The notes beneath the pieces were generated by a model. The model saw only the letters and a list, made by a program, of their open reading frames with translations. It made no database searches and was not told the DNA's origin. Made by a program: the position numbers and the translations under genes. This document shows positions 31,205 to 41,172 of a DNA stretch of 64,000 bases, in pieces. The stretch is taken from NCBI GenBank assembly GCA_964594215.1, contig CAZQLN010000002.1, positions 41,855-105,854 on the forward strand. The letters run 5' to 3'. The number at the start of each line of letters is the position of its first letter. The first letter of the stretch is position 1. The stretch comes from an uncultured Bdellovibrionales bacterium (lineage in GTDB: Bacteria > Patescibacteriota > Minisyncoccia > Moranbacterales > UBA1568).

Positions 31205-31752
31205 AAATAATTGTCGGTCTTGGTAACCCAGGAGACTCATACAAAAATACTCGTCACAATGCGGGATTTTTAGGGCTAGACTTTTTACATGATGAATTTA
31301 ATGGTACGCCCTGGCAAGAAAAAAAGAAGCTTCTCTGTTTAGTATCAGAATGTATCATTCATGGAAAGAAACTACTCCTAGCCAAGCCTACTACTTTTAT
31401 GAATGATTCTGGTCAGGCAGTTAAGAAACTCCTCGAGTTTTACAAGCTTACCCCTGATTCACTCTTAGTTATCCATGATGACATTGATATTCTAGCGGGT
31501 ACAATACGGCACACTACCTCATCACGAGCAGCTGGTCACAATGGAGTTGCCGATATTATCACTCACCTTAATACTCAGGATTTCAAACGTACACGTCTTG
31601 GTATTGGTAGACCAACAGAGGTCCTTGGTGTTTGCCAACCAAGTCATGATTATGTGCTCGGCAAATTTACCAAAGAGGAACTCCATACCCTTAACAAACT
31701 TTTTGATGAATGTCTTAAAGACGAAATACTCTCATCACTCTTTGATTCCTAG
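31201..31752 (+). CDS. pth: Peptidyl-tRNA hydrolase
   Basis: IVGLGNPG, TRHNAG, KPTTFMNDSG, GHNG. Confidence 0.97.
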   Translation: MKIIVGLGNPGDSYKNTRHNAGFLGLDFLHDEFNGTPWQEKKKLLCLVSECIIHGKKLLLAKPTTFMNDSGQAVKKLLEFYKLTPDSLLVIHDDIDILAGTIRHTTSSRAAGHNGVADIITHLNTQDFKRTRLGIGRPTEVLGVCQPSHDYVLGKFTKEELHTLNKLFDECLKDEILSSLFDS

Positions 31753-31767
31753 ATTCACAAAACATAC

Positions 31768-31798
31768 AAAAAATCACCCTTTCTCGGGGTGATTTTTT
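31768..31798. terminator. Bidirectional intrinsic terminator
   Basis: AAAAATCACC/GGTGATTTTT stem with A- and T-tracts on either side. Confidence 0.8.
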
Positions 31799-31806
31799 AT
31801 TTGAGA

Positions 31807-31922
31807 CTCATACACTTGATTCTGACCACAGCCAGCTGAAACCAAAGTTCCAAACTATTTCAGTGAAAAAAGGCTAGGAGGGATGCCTTCTTTCTCCCTG
31901 TGGTCAGAATCAAGTGTATGAG
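31807..31922 (-). ncRNA. Candidate small structured RNA or MITE-like element with a 25-bp perfect terminal inverted repeat
   Basis: CTCATACACTTGATTCTGACCACAG (31807-31831) is the exact reverse complement of 31898-31922; the 66-nt interior has two hairpins; promoter upstream and terminator downstream on the minus strand. Confidence 0.55.
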
Positions 31923-31939
31923 ATTGGCAAAGAAATACT

Positions 31940-31969
31940 ATTCTACGCTGAAAATCAAAGATTTGTCAA
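31940..31969 (-). promoter_or_regulatory. Sigma70-type promoter pointing into the inverted-repeat element
   Basis: TTGACA(31969-31964)-18-TAGAAT(31945-31940) right after the rplY stop. Confidence 0.6.
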
Positions 31970-31971
31970 TC

Positions 31972-32625
31972 CTAGGCCTGAGGAGCCTCTTCCTTAATTA
32001 CTCCTTCAACCTTAGTCACATCAGCCGTTACTTTTTCGTCGAGAGAAGCCATATCAGCTTCTGTACGTGGAGCATCCACCAAAGCAACTGTAGTTTCTGG
32101 ATCGCCAAGAATCTCTACACCCTTTGGTAAAACAATATCTTTAACCTGGATGTGATCTTCAAAAGTGGCTAATTTAGCTATATCTACAGTAATTTCGTGT
32201 GGAAGATCAGCTGGAAGGCAGGTAACGAGAACTTCCTCGAGGGTTTTTAGGAATACTCCTCCCATTTCACGAACCGCCTTCGATTCTCCAACGAAAACAA
32301 TCGGTACATGAGCTTCAAGTTTTTCATCCATACGAACCTGGTATAGGTCTACATGTGTAAAACGTCCATTGAGAGGATGTAGGGCTACTTCTTGGACGAT
32401 AGCATTAACAGCCTTACTTCCTTCTTTTTCAATAGCGATAACACTACTCTGACCGGCTACCTTATACATTTTAGAAAAATCAATATACTGAACCCAAAAA
32501 CTTACGGCTGGCTTACCATGACTATACAGGACTCCTGGAATGAGGCCTTCTTTTCTCTTATTGGCTATTTCTTTGGTCGAGACTTTTTCTCGTCCGGTAA
32601 CTGCTAGTGTAAGATGCTGATTCAT
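31972..32625 (-). CDS. rplY: 50S ribosomal protein L25/Ctc (long form)
   Basis: IPGVLY, HVDLY, VGESKAV, CLPADLP. Confidence 0.95.
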   Translation of the reverse strand: MNQHLTLAVTGREKVSTKEIANKRKEGLIPGVLYSHGKPAVSFWVQYIDFSKMYKVAGQSSVIAIEKEGSKAVNAIVQEVALHPLNGRFTHVDLYQVRMDEKLEAHVPIVFVGESKAVREMGGVFLKTLEEVLVTCLPADLPHEITVDIAKLATFEDHIQVKDIVLPKGVEILGDPETTVALVDAPRTEADMASLDEKVTADVTKVEGVIKEEAPQA

Positions 32626-32657
32626 AATGCTCTCTCTAATTGTGTTAAGATTTGAAT

Positions 32658-32993
32658 TTAAACTTGAGGGTATAAAATAAGCTTATTGATGTCACCTTTG
32701 TAATCTTTGAGAAACTGGTGGGCATTCCAAACATCATCAGTAGAAAGTGGTTTACCTTGATACAACCTCTTAGCCTCGCTCTGTTCAAGATCTGTCATCA
32801 CTCCAAGACTGACTACCCCCATCTGGCCAAGTGATAAGTGAACCAATGAAGCTCCTCCACAATCATCACAAACTACATGGAGAGTGGTCTTCTTCTCTTG
32901 TTCATCTAATACCAGCATTTTTTTGGCATGCTGACTCGTGTTGCACACCAAGCAACGTACGAGTGACTGAAGATTTTCAAGAGGAAGTTTCAT
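32658..32993 (-). CDS. Hypothetical zinc-ribbon protein
   Basis: CLVC...HVVCDDC, then GVMTDL; function unknown. Confidence 0.7.
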   Translation of the reverse strand: MKLPLENLQSLVRCLVCNTSQHAKKMLVLDEQEKKTTLHVVCDDCGGASLVHLSLGQMGVVSLGVMTDLEQSEAKRLYQGKPLSTDDVWNAHQFLKDYKGDINKLILYPQV

Positions 32994-33081
32994 AAACGAG
33001 AGATGTTTTAATAGCTCATCTCGACAGTCTTTACTGTCGCATTATTGTAGCAGCTCGCTTGCGATACGTCAAGAAAAAGGC

Positions 33082-35145
<2,064 letters not shown>

Positions 35146-35154
35146 CTAAATAAG

Positions 35155-35547
35155 TTATATGCTATTTTTTCTTTCTTGTTTCAAAGTTCGAGCAGTAAAT
35201 TCCAAGAGAAGAATAAACGCTAAAAAAAGAAGAACCAACCACCATGTCCAAATACCTCGATACAAAAGAAAGAGATTTGAGAACAGAAAAATAGTGAGGA
35301 GGAGTGTCTGCCGAAAGGCGGCTCCAATATGTTGAGCTGCACGCTCTTCCCCTAAGCCTTTTTTGTAGACACTGATGACCCCCTCCATGATAACTCCGAG
35401 GAGAAAGGCAAAAAGACTACTAAAAAAAAGAATCCTCCCGGGCATACCAGCTGAGGTTGGGTCTATGGTTAAGACGACGCCAAGCCATGCACTAAAAGCC
35501 AAAAGGGTGAATGTAAATACGCCAATCTGAAAGACTCTTAGAGACAT
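35155..35547 (-). CDS. Hypothetical 4-TM membrane protein
   Basis: Four hydrophobic segments; directly upstream of gyrB. Confidence 0.7.
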   Translation of the reverse strand: MSLRVFQIGVFTFTLLAFSAWLGVVLTIDPTSAGMPGRILFFSSLFAFLLGVIMEGVISVYKKGLGEERAAQHIGAAFRQTLLLTIFLFSNLFLLYRGIWTWWLVLLFLAFILLLEFTARTLKQERKNSI

Positions 35548-35604
35548 AGTGTCGTGCTATTTTTAAGCCTTTACCTACCTTTAGGATAGCAAAAAAGACA
35601 AAAA

Positions 35605-35632
35605 AAGACAAGTCTTGAGACTTGTCTTTTTT
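35605..35632. terminator. Terminator after efp
   Basis: AAAGACAAGTC/GACTTGTCTTT inverted repeat with A/T tracts. Confidence 0.7.
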
Positions 35633-35650
35633 ACCTTTATAAAGCCATTT

Positions 35651-36208
35651 TTAGGCTCTTGAGACATACGAGCCACGCTCAGTATTGATAACAATTTTAT
35701 CTCCCACTTTAATGAATAATGGCGTTGTAATTTGGAGGCCAGTTTCTACTGTCACCATCTTATCTCCCCCAGAAGCAGTATCCCCTTTCAGGCCTGGAGG
35801 AGCATCAGTCACTAGAAGGGTCACCTTGGCAGGGAGCTCAATCGTCAACGGTTGACCATTCCACATAAGAAGTGTCACTTCTGTGCCCTCTACCACGTAC
35901 CCCTTACTCTCACCAATAACGCTCCCATCAAGCGTGAACTGCTCGTAGGTTTCGTTGTCCATGAATTCATAGGTGTCTCCTGTTTTGTAGAGAAACTGAG
36001 CCTTTGCTTTAGATACAGAAGCCTCTTCAAGTTTATCTGCTCCCTGGAAAGTCTGCTCCAACACAGCGCCTGTAGTCAGGTTTCTCAACTTGGTCCGAAG
36101 CACTGCTCCCCCGCGACCAATTTTTGAGTGTAAATAATCAATGACCTCGTATGGTTCATTGTTTAGGACAATTTTCTTACCGTTTTTAATTTCTGTAATA
36201 CTAAGCAT
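35651..36208 (-). CDS. efp: Elongation factor P
   Basis: KIGRGGA loop, QFLY, PGLKGDTA, ETGL, GSYVSRA. Confidence 0.96.
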   Translation of the reverse strand: MLSITEIKNGKKIVLNNEPYEVIDYLHSKIGRGGAVLRTKLRNLTTGAVLEQTFQGADKLEEASVSKAKAQFLYKTGDTYEFMDNETYEQFTLDGSVIGESKGYVVEGTEVTLLMWNGQPLTIELPAKVTLLVTDAPPGLKGDTASGGDKMVTVETGLQITTPLFIKVGDKIVINTERGSYVSRA

Positions 36209-36222
36209 TCTAGTAAGTTTTC

Positions 36223-36417
36223 TTACTTAATGACGTATGGTACAAGAGCCATAAATCGAGCTCTCTTAATAGCTACTGCTAGATGACGCTGCTCTTTGGC
36301 AGTTAATCCGTGTCGCTTAGGAGGATACATCTTTCCTTGTGAGTTCAAGAAACGACGCAAAAAATAAGCGTCTTTATAGTCGAGGTGTTGTAACTTTTTT
36401 GACATTGCTTGGTCCAT
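36223..36417 (-). CDS. rpsR: 30S ribosomal protein S18 (no Zn cysteines)
   Basis: DYKD, QGKMYP, QRHLAVAIKRARFMALVPY. Confidence 0.95.
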   Translation of the reverse strand: MDQAMSKKLQHLDYKDAYFLRRFLNSQGKMYPPKRHGLTAKEQRHLAVAIKRARFMALVPYVIK

Positions 36418-36441
36418 ATTGAGTGTTCTAATAAATGAAAA

Positions 36442-36915
36442 TTAAAAAGGGACATCTTCGATACGAATCTCCTCACTTTCATCATCTAGATTAATTGTAG
36501 GGATTTCTTCTTCGAGAGCTGAGTTCGACTTAGCTGCTGAGGTAGGTGCTGCAGCTGGACGTGCAGGCGCTCCTTGAGAGCCTCCTTGAGCACGACTCCC
36601 CAATTGCATACTCTCAGCGATAACTTCGGTAGTGCGTCGCTCGGTACCATCTTTGGCTGTATAGGCACGAGTTTGCAGTCTACCCTCGATGAAACATTCT
36701 TGTCCTTTAGTGAGGTACTGAGAAGCGATTTCAGCCTGACGTCCCCACAAGACAACATTGTGAAATTCTGTCTTATCCTGTTTTTGACCACTCTTATCAG
36801 TCCAAAAGCTATTGGTGGCCATACTGATCGTAGCCACAGACTGCCCCGCCGGTGTAGTGCGAATCTCTGGATCACGAGTGAGACGCCCTACTAAGATGAC
36901 TTTATTAACGTTCAT
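36442..36915 (-). CDS. ssb: Single-stranded DNA-binding protein
   Basis: NKVILVGRLTRDPE, IEGRLQTR, acidic tail EDVPF. Confidence 0.98.
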   Translation of the reverse strand: MNVNKVILVGRLTRDPEIRTTPAGQSVATISMATNSFWTDKSGQKQDKTEFHNVVLWGRQAEIASQYLTKGQECFIEGRLQTRAYTAKDGTERRTTEVIAESMQLGSRAQGGSQGAPARPAAAPTSAAKSNSALEEEIPTINLDDESEEIRIEDVPF

Positions 36916-36936
36916 AAACTTTATAGAGTTTACTAA

Positions 36937-37434
36937 TTAAATATCAAGTTTCTTTTTAAGTTGTTCATCAATTTCCTCAGAAGAAACCGCTGTGTTACCT
37001 TCTTCTTTGGTTACTGGTGCTTCTGGCATAGCTCGCATGGCTCCACGACGCTCATAGCGATTGTTTTTTCCTTCTATTTTCGGCTTCTCAACACGCTCAA
37101 TCGCCTTCAGTTCCGGCAAGCTATCAGCACGTAAAATAAGAAAACGTAAAACATCTTTAGAAAGCATCATCGCGCGATTGATTTTTGCTAATGGATGAAT
37201 TTCAATGGTCTCTTGGTCAACTTCATCGTGATCAGGAAGGGTAAAGCGTCGAGCAATATAAATACCTCGTACCTCTTTCTTTACCTGATAAGCGAGTTTT
37301 CTCTTTTCCTCAGTTTCTAAAGGAAGAAGTGTCGCCCCCTCATCAGTGATAATTTTTTGTACTGCCTCCTTAATACGAGGAAGTTCTGCCTCTTTCGTTT
37401 CTCCAACAAGATAGAAAAGTTCATATTCTACCAT
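36937..37434 (-). CDS. rpsF: 30S ribosomal protein S6 with C-terminal extension
   Basis: YELFYLV, RKLAYQVKK, DVLRFLI; rpsF-ssb-rpsR order; start trimmed to 37434. Confidence 0.9.
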   Translation of the reverse strand: MVEYELFYLVGETKEAELPRIKEAVQKIITDEGATLLPLETEEKRKLAYQVKKEVRGIYIARRFTLPDHDEVDQETIEIHPLAKINRAMMLSKDVLRFLILRADSLPELKAIERVEKPKIEGKNNRYERRGAMRAMPEAPVTKEEGNTAVSSEEIDEQLKKKLDI

Positions 37435-37476
37435 AGTAGTACTCTTGTTTAATAAAATTAAAAACCGCCTACATAC

Positions 37477-37558
37477 AAGAAAATCCTTCTGCAAAGCGGA
37501 ATGTGTCCTCCTAATCTCGTGACACTTTGGCACAAGCGGGAGAACGTCGGACTTTCTT
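37477..37558 (-). promoter_or_regulatory. Putative S6:S18-binding leader RNA
   Basis: Three-way junction: AAGAAAGTCC/GGATTTTCTT, GTTCTCC/GGAGGAC, CTTGTG/CACGAG with CCCG at the internal loop. Confidence 0.55.
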
Positions 37559-37613
37559 AGTTGTGGAACCAGTCTATCAGATAAAGATAGTTTTGGCAAC
37601 CCTTAGAAGTTAC

Positions 37614-38915
37614 TTAAATAAGCTTCTTGTAGTTTTTAGACCAGTAGATAATACCGTTGATATACGGTGCATAGCTCGTACCTAGATAGGCTGCTGCTGC
37701 TCTCCGATAGGCTGATTCCTTGCCATCCTTAACCCCTGGCACTCGTCCAAGCTTCAAAGCCATTGCCATCACACCATCAGTAAGATTCCATGGGCTTGGA
37801 GGACGATGACCCGTGATAGAAGCTACTTCTGATTTATAGCCCATCCAGGTATCAGGCATAAACTGAGCTACACCCATAGCGCCCCCGGTACCCGCATAGC
37901 CACTTGGATTACATGATACTTTCTGTTTCTTATAGTCAATATCCAGTTCATCGGTAATGGTTTTAAAGGTTTTACGACGAGCAATAAAAGTCTGGTATGC
38001 TCTTTTAGAAAGCTTGCCTCTTTTGTAGTTAGCTTCGGCTCCACTCTCTACTTGACCGTATGTACAGCCACCAACGTTAGCGCCAAGGTTTGTTTCCATC
38101 TTAAGCACCCCAAATAAAAACCCCTTAGGGACACCTGTACGCTTACTCGCAAAATTAACTGCCTCTTCAATATCTCCTGCATTATACGACTTACCGAGAA
38201 TCTTGTTCAAATCTCCTTGAAGCTCACTCAGTTCTTTCTCAAGTTTTGCTACTACTGCAGCTTGATCTTCAAGATCCTCCGCAACCTCGTTACGCTCAAG
38301 TACCAGTCCTTGTTTCTGTTTGTTTTGGACTGAAAGTAACGTCTCATGATCTTCTTTAGAATCTTCTAGAGCTGCTTTTTCAGTAGTCACTTTTTCTTGA
38401 GCATTGTTCATCTCTCCAATAAGTGATTGTACTTTTTCTTGTGTACTAAAGAGGCCATCGTTGGTAGCCAAGACTTGTTTGACATCATTCTCACTGAGCA
38501 TCACTTCCAAAAGAGGTGTACTCGCTGAATAATACATTTCTTGCAAAAGTGAACGTAGCAAGTGGCGATCCAGAATAATTTGTTTTTCCAGATTCTCAAC
38601 CTCTTGTTCCTTAGATTCAATTGTTGATTGAGTCTCTTGAAGTAGTCGAGCAACTCGAGCAATAGAAGCCTGCGTAGCACTGAGACTTCCACTTATCTGA
38701 TTAAGATCTGTCTGAAGAAGGTTCTTCTTTTTTTCTTCCTTAGCCAACTTCTCTTCTATTTTATCAATACTGTCATTAATTTGATCCTTCTCTTCATTGG
38801 TAATGATTACCTCATCGGCCTGGACTCGTGGCACAAAAGTAGCTCCTACGAAAAGCTGACCTAATAGAATCAGAAGAGTAAAAAAGTGTAGTTTTTTTCT
38901 TTGTTGAAGAAGCAT
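37614..38915 (-). CDS. Secreted coiled-coil protein with C-terminal lytic transglycosylase (SLT-like) domain
   Basis: Signal peptide, long coiled coil, METNLG (catalytic Glu), GAMGVAQFMPDTW. Confidence 0.85.
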   Translation of the reverse strand: MLLQQRKKLHFFTLLILLGQLFVGATFVPRVQADEVIITNEEKDQINDSIDKIEEKLAKEEKKKNLLQTDLNQISGSLSATQASIARVARLLQETQSTIESKEQEVENLEKQIILDRHLLRSLLQEMYYSASTPLLEVMLSENDVKQVLATNDGLFSTQEKVQSLIGEMNNAQEKVTTEKAALEDSKEDHETLLSVQNKQKQGLVLERNEVAEDLEDQAAVVAKLEKELSELQGDLNKILGKSYNAGDIEEAVNFASKRTGVPKGFLFGVLKMETNLGANVGGCTYGQVESGAEANYKRGKLSKRAYQTFIARRKTFKTITDELDIDYKKQKVSCNPSGYAGTGGAMGVAQFMPDTWMGYKSEVASITGHRPPSPWNLTDGVMAMALKLGRVPGVKDGKESAYRRAAAAYLGTSYAPYINGIIYWSKNYKKLI

Positions 38916-38999
38916 AGTTGTACCATTATAGCACATTTTATCCCTAAAGAAAAGCCCTTCATCCTATACAATGAAGGGCTTTTTACTTTCTGGAAGGGC

Positions 39000-40052
39000 T
39001 TATTCTTCACTAGCACCACCAAGGTCTATTGGATTCTCTTCGGACAGCTTAAGAATCTTTTTTTCAATAGACTTAAGCACCTTTGGATTTTCTTTGAGGA
39101 AGGCCTTGGCCGCCTCTCTCCCTACGCCCAATTTTGTTTCTTCAAAAGTGTACGAATTACCAGATTTTTTGATTGCCTGATACAACACACCGGTATCGAG
39201 AACATCTCCAGCCAACGAAATACCTTCATTGTACATGATATCGAATTCAGCCGTCTTAAAAGGAGCAGCTACCTTATTCTTAACTACCTTAACTTTTGTA
39301 CGATTACCAACAATGGCATCGCCTTTTTTGATTTGAGCACTACGGCGAATTTCGAGACGTACTGATGAATAGAACTTCAATGCTTGTCCACCAGTGGTGG
39401 TCTCTGGATTACCAAACATAACACCTATCTTCATGCGAATCTGATTGATGAAAATCACCACAACATTAGATTGAGCAATAATGGCAGTCAATTTACGAAG
39501 AGCTTGAGACATCAATCTAGCCTGACGTCCTACATGATGATCCCCCATATCGCCTTCTATTTCAGCTTTTGGTACCAAGGCGGCAACTGAATCAATGACA
39601 ATAACATCAATCATATTAGAACGCACCAAAGTTTCCACGATATCAAGAGCTTGTTCACCGGTATCTGGCTGAGAAACCAAAAGGTCATTAATATTCACTC
39701 CAATACGTTTAGCATATTCTGGATCAAGCGCATGTTCCGCATCCACAAAAGCGGCCACTCCTCCAGCCTTTTGGGCATTGGCGATAATATGAAGTGTCAA
39801 CGTAGTCTTACCCGAAGACTCTGGTCCATAGATTTCAATAATACGTCCTCTTGGCACCCCGCCAATACCCATAGCCATATCCAAGGAAACCGATCCCGTA
39901 GGAATAGCTTCGACATCAACTTTTGGTACATCGCCCAACTTCATCATCATGCCCTCGCCGTACTTCTCTTGGATGACATCCAAGACACTCTCGATCTTAT
40001 TCTTTTCTGACATATTTTTATCTTTGCTGGTTTCTTTTTTTACTTTTACCAT
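39000..40052 (-). CDS. recA: Recombinase RecA
   Basis: [32 protein letters not shown]. Confidence 0.99.
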   Translation of the reverse strand: MVKVKKETSKDKNMSEKNKIESVLDVIQEKYGEGMMMKLGDVPKVDVEAIPTGSVSLDMAMGIGGVPRGRIIEIYGPESSGKTTLTLHIIANAQKAGGVAAFVDAEHALDPEYAKRIGVNINDLLVSQPDTGEQALDIVETLVRSNMIDVIVIDSVAALVPKAEIEGDMGDHHVGRQARLMSQALRKLTAIIAQSNVVVIFINQIRMKIGVMFGNPETTTGGQALKFYSSVRLEIRRSAQIKKGDAIVGNRTKVKVVKNKVAAPFKTAEFDIMYNEGISLAGDVLDTGVLYQAIKKSGNSYTFEETKLGVGREAAKAFLKENPKVLKSIEKKILKLSEENPIDLGGASEE

Positions 40053-40127
40053 AGGTGTGCATTACTTCGAGTACTCTCTAGTAGCTCGATTCTTGTTTAA
40101 TTAGATTACATATAATAGTAAACGTTT

Positions 40128-41135
40128 TTATTCTACCTTCTTCGTTGTTTCTTGTCTACCAGATGCTTTAAAAATCGCTTCTTTAAGGGGTTTCTCATCT
40201 TCTCCAAGGGTTTCTTTTTCACCATTCTCATATATCACACTCGTCGCCTTGGCATTAGTGGTTGTAATCTTAATATCATCCTTAGCTTCAATTTTTTTGC
40301 TAGTCCCCGCTTCCATTGGACCGTTTTGTACCACTACACCATCAGCCGTGATCGTCACCGTTATGAGTTTTTCTGCCTTCACTTCTAACGAAAAATTCTC
40401 ATCATCACGAGCTCTTTCCTGAAGCTCTTCTGAGCTTGGGGCAACCGTCTCGGGAAAACGTGCTTCGAGAGTAAGAGTTTCTGTCTTAGACTTTTCAAAA
40501 CGATTAATAGCGACTATCGTCACGGTATTCACTCCTGGTTGTAAGGTGAGTTTCTCGCCAAATTCTCCATTACTTCCCACAAAACTTGCCTCACCATTAA
40601 TTGACACCCGTGCCCCCTTTTCGGTCTTACCTCGTAACATAATTTCACTTGTTTCACTCACCGTACCAGGTGCAGGTTCAAGAATCACCAACTCGGGCTC
40701 AGCTGCAAAACGAGTGAATTCTTGATAGAGGTATCCAAAAACAGCGATCGTAAAAACCGCAATGACCGCTACCATCACTGTTCTTGAAGTAATCACAAAT
40801 GAAGAGATGGGCAGATTGAAGGTATTGTTTTTTACTGGAGCTGTATTGCCAAGATTTTTCTGAATATTACGTTCCTGTTCATAGAGTTTCATCAAAATTC
40901 CTTCATCAACACCAAGGAAGCGCGCGTAATTCCGGAGAAATCCACGCACGTAAACATCAGCTGGCAACTTCTCATACTCTCCGTTTTCAAGATATTCGAG
41001 ATAACGAACCCGGATACGAGTCGAACGAGCTACTTCGGAAAGCGGTACATGAGTTTCTCCTCGCAATTTCCGAAGCTTCTCACCTAAGGTAAGTGACTGA
41101 ATTTTTTTACGTGTAAAACTGGCTTCTACCATCAT
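40128..41135 (-). CDS. rodZ: RodZ-like protein (HTH, TM, Ig-like, DUF4115-like)
   Basis: LGEKLRKLR, YLEYLENG, YVRGFLRNYA, TM, LQPGVNTVTI. Confidence 0.8.
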   Translation of the reverse strand: MMVEASFTRKKIQSLTLGEKLRKLRGETHVPLSEVARSTRIRVRYLEYLENGEYEKLPADVYVRGFLRNYARFLGVDEGILMKLYEQERNIQKNLGNTAPVKNNTFNLPISSFVITSRTVMVAVIAVFTIAVFGYLYQEFTRFAAEPELVILEPAPGTVSETSEIMLRGKTEKGARVSINGEASFVGSNGEFGEKLTLQPGVNTVTIVAINRFEKSKTETLTLEARFPETVAPSSEELQERARDDENFSLEVKAEKLITVTITADGVVVQNGPMEAGTSKKIEAKDDIKITTTNAKATSVIYENGEKETLGEDEKPLKEAIFKASGRQETTKKVE

Positions 41136-41172
41136 ACCGGTATTCTTTGATCCGCCTCATAATTAACGCTCT

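Noticed and set aside
31883-31921. 12-codon plus-strand ORF (MPSFSLWSESSV) inside the inverted-repeat element
   Set aside because: AGGAGG is only 1 nt from the ATG, and the ORF runs through the repeat arm opposite to the promoter direction.
40053-40127. LexA box upstream of recA
   Set aside because: Only an imperfect TCGAG/CTCGA hairpin is visible, with no SOS-box consensus I can support.
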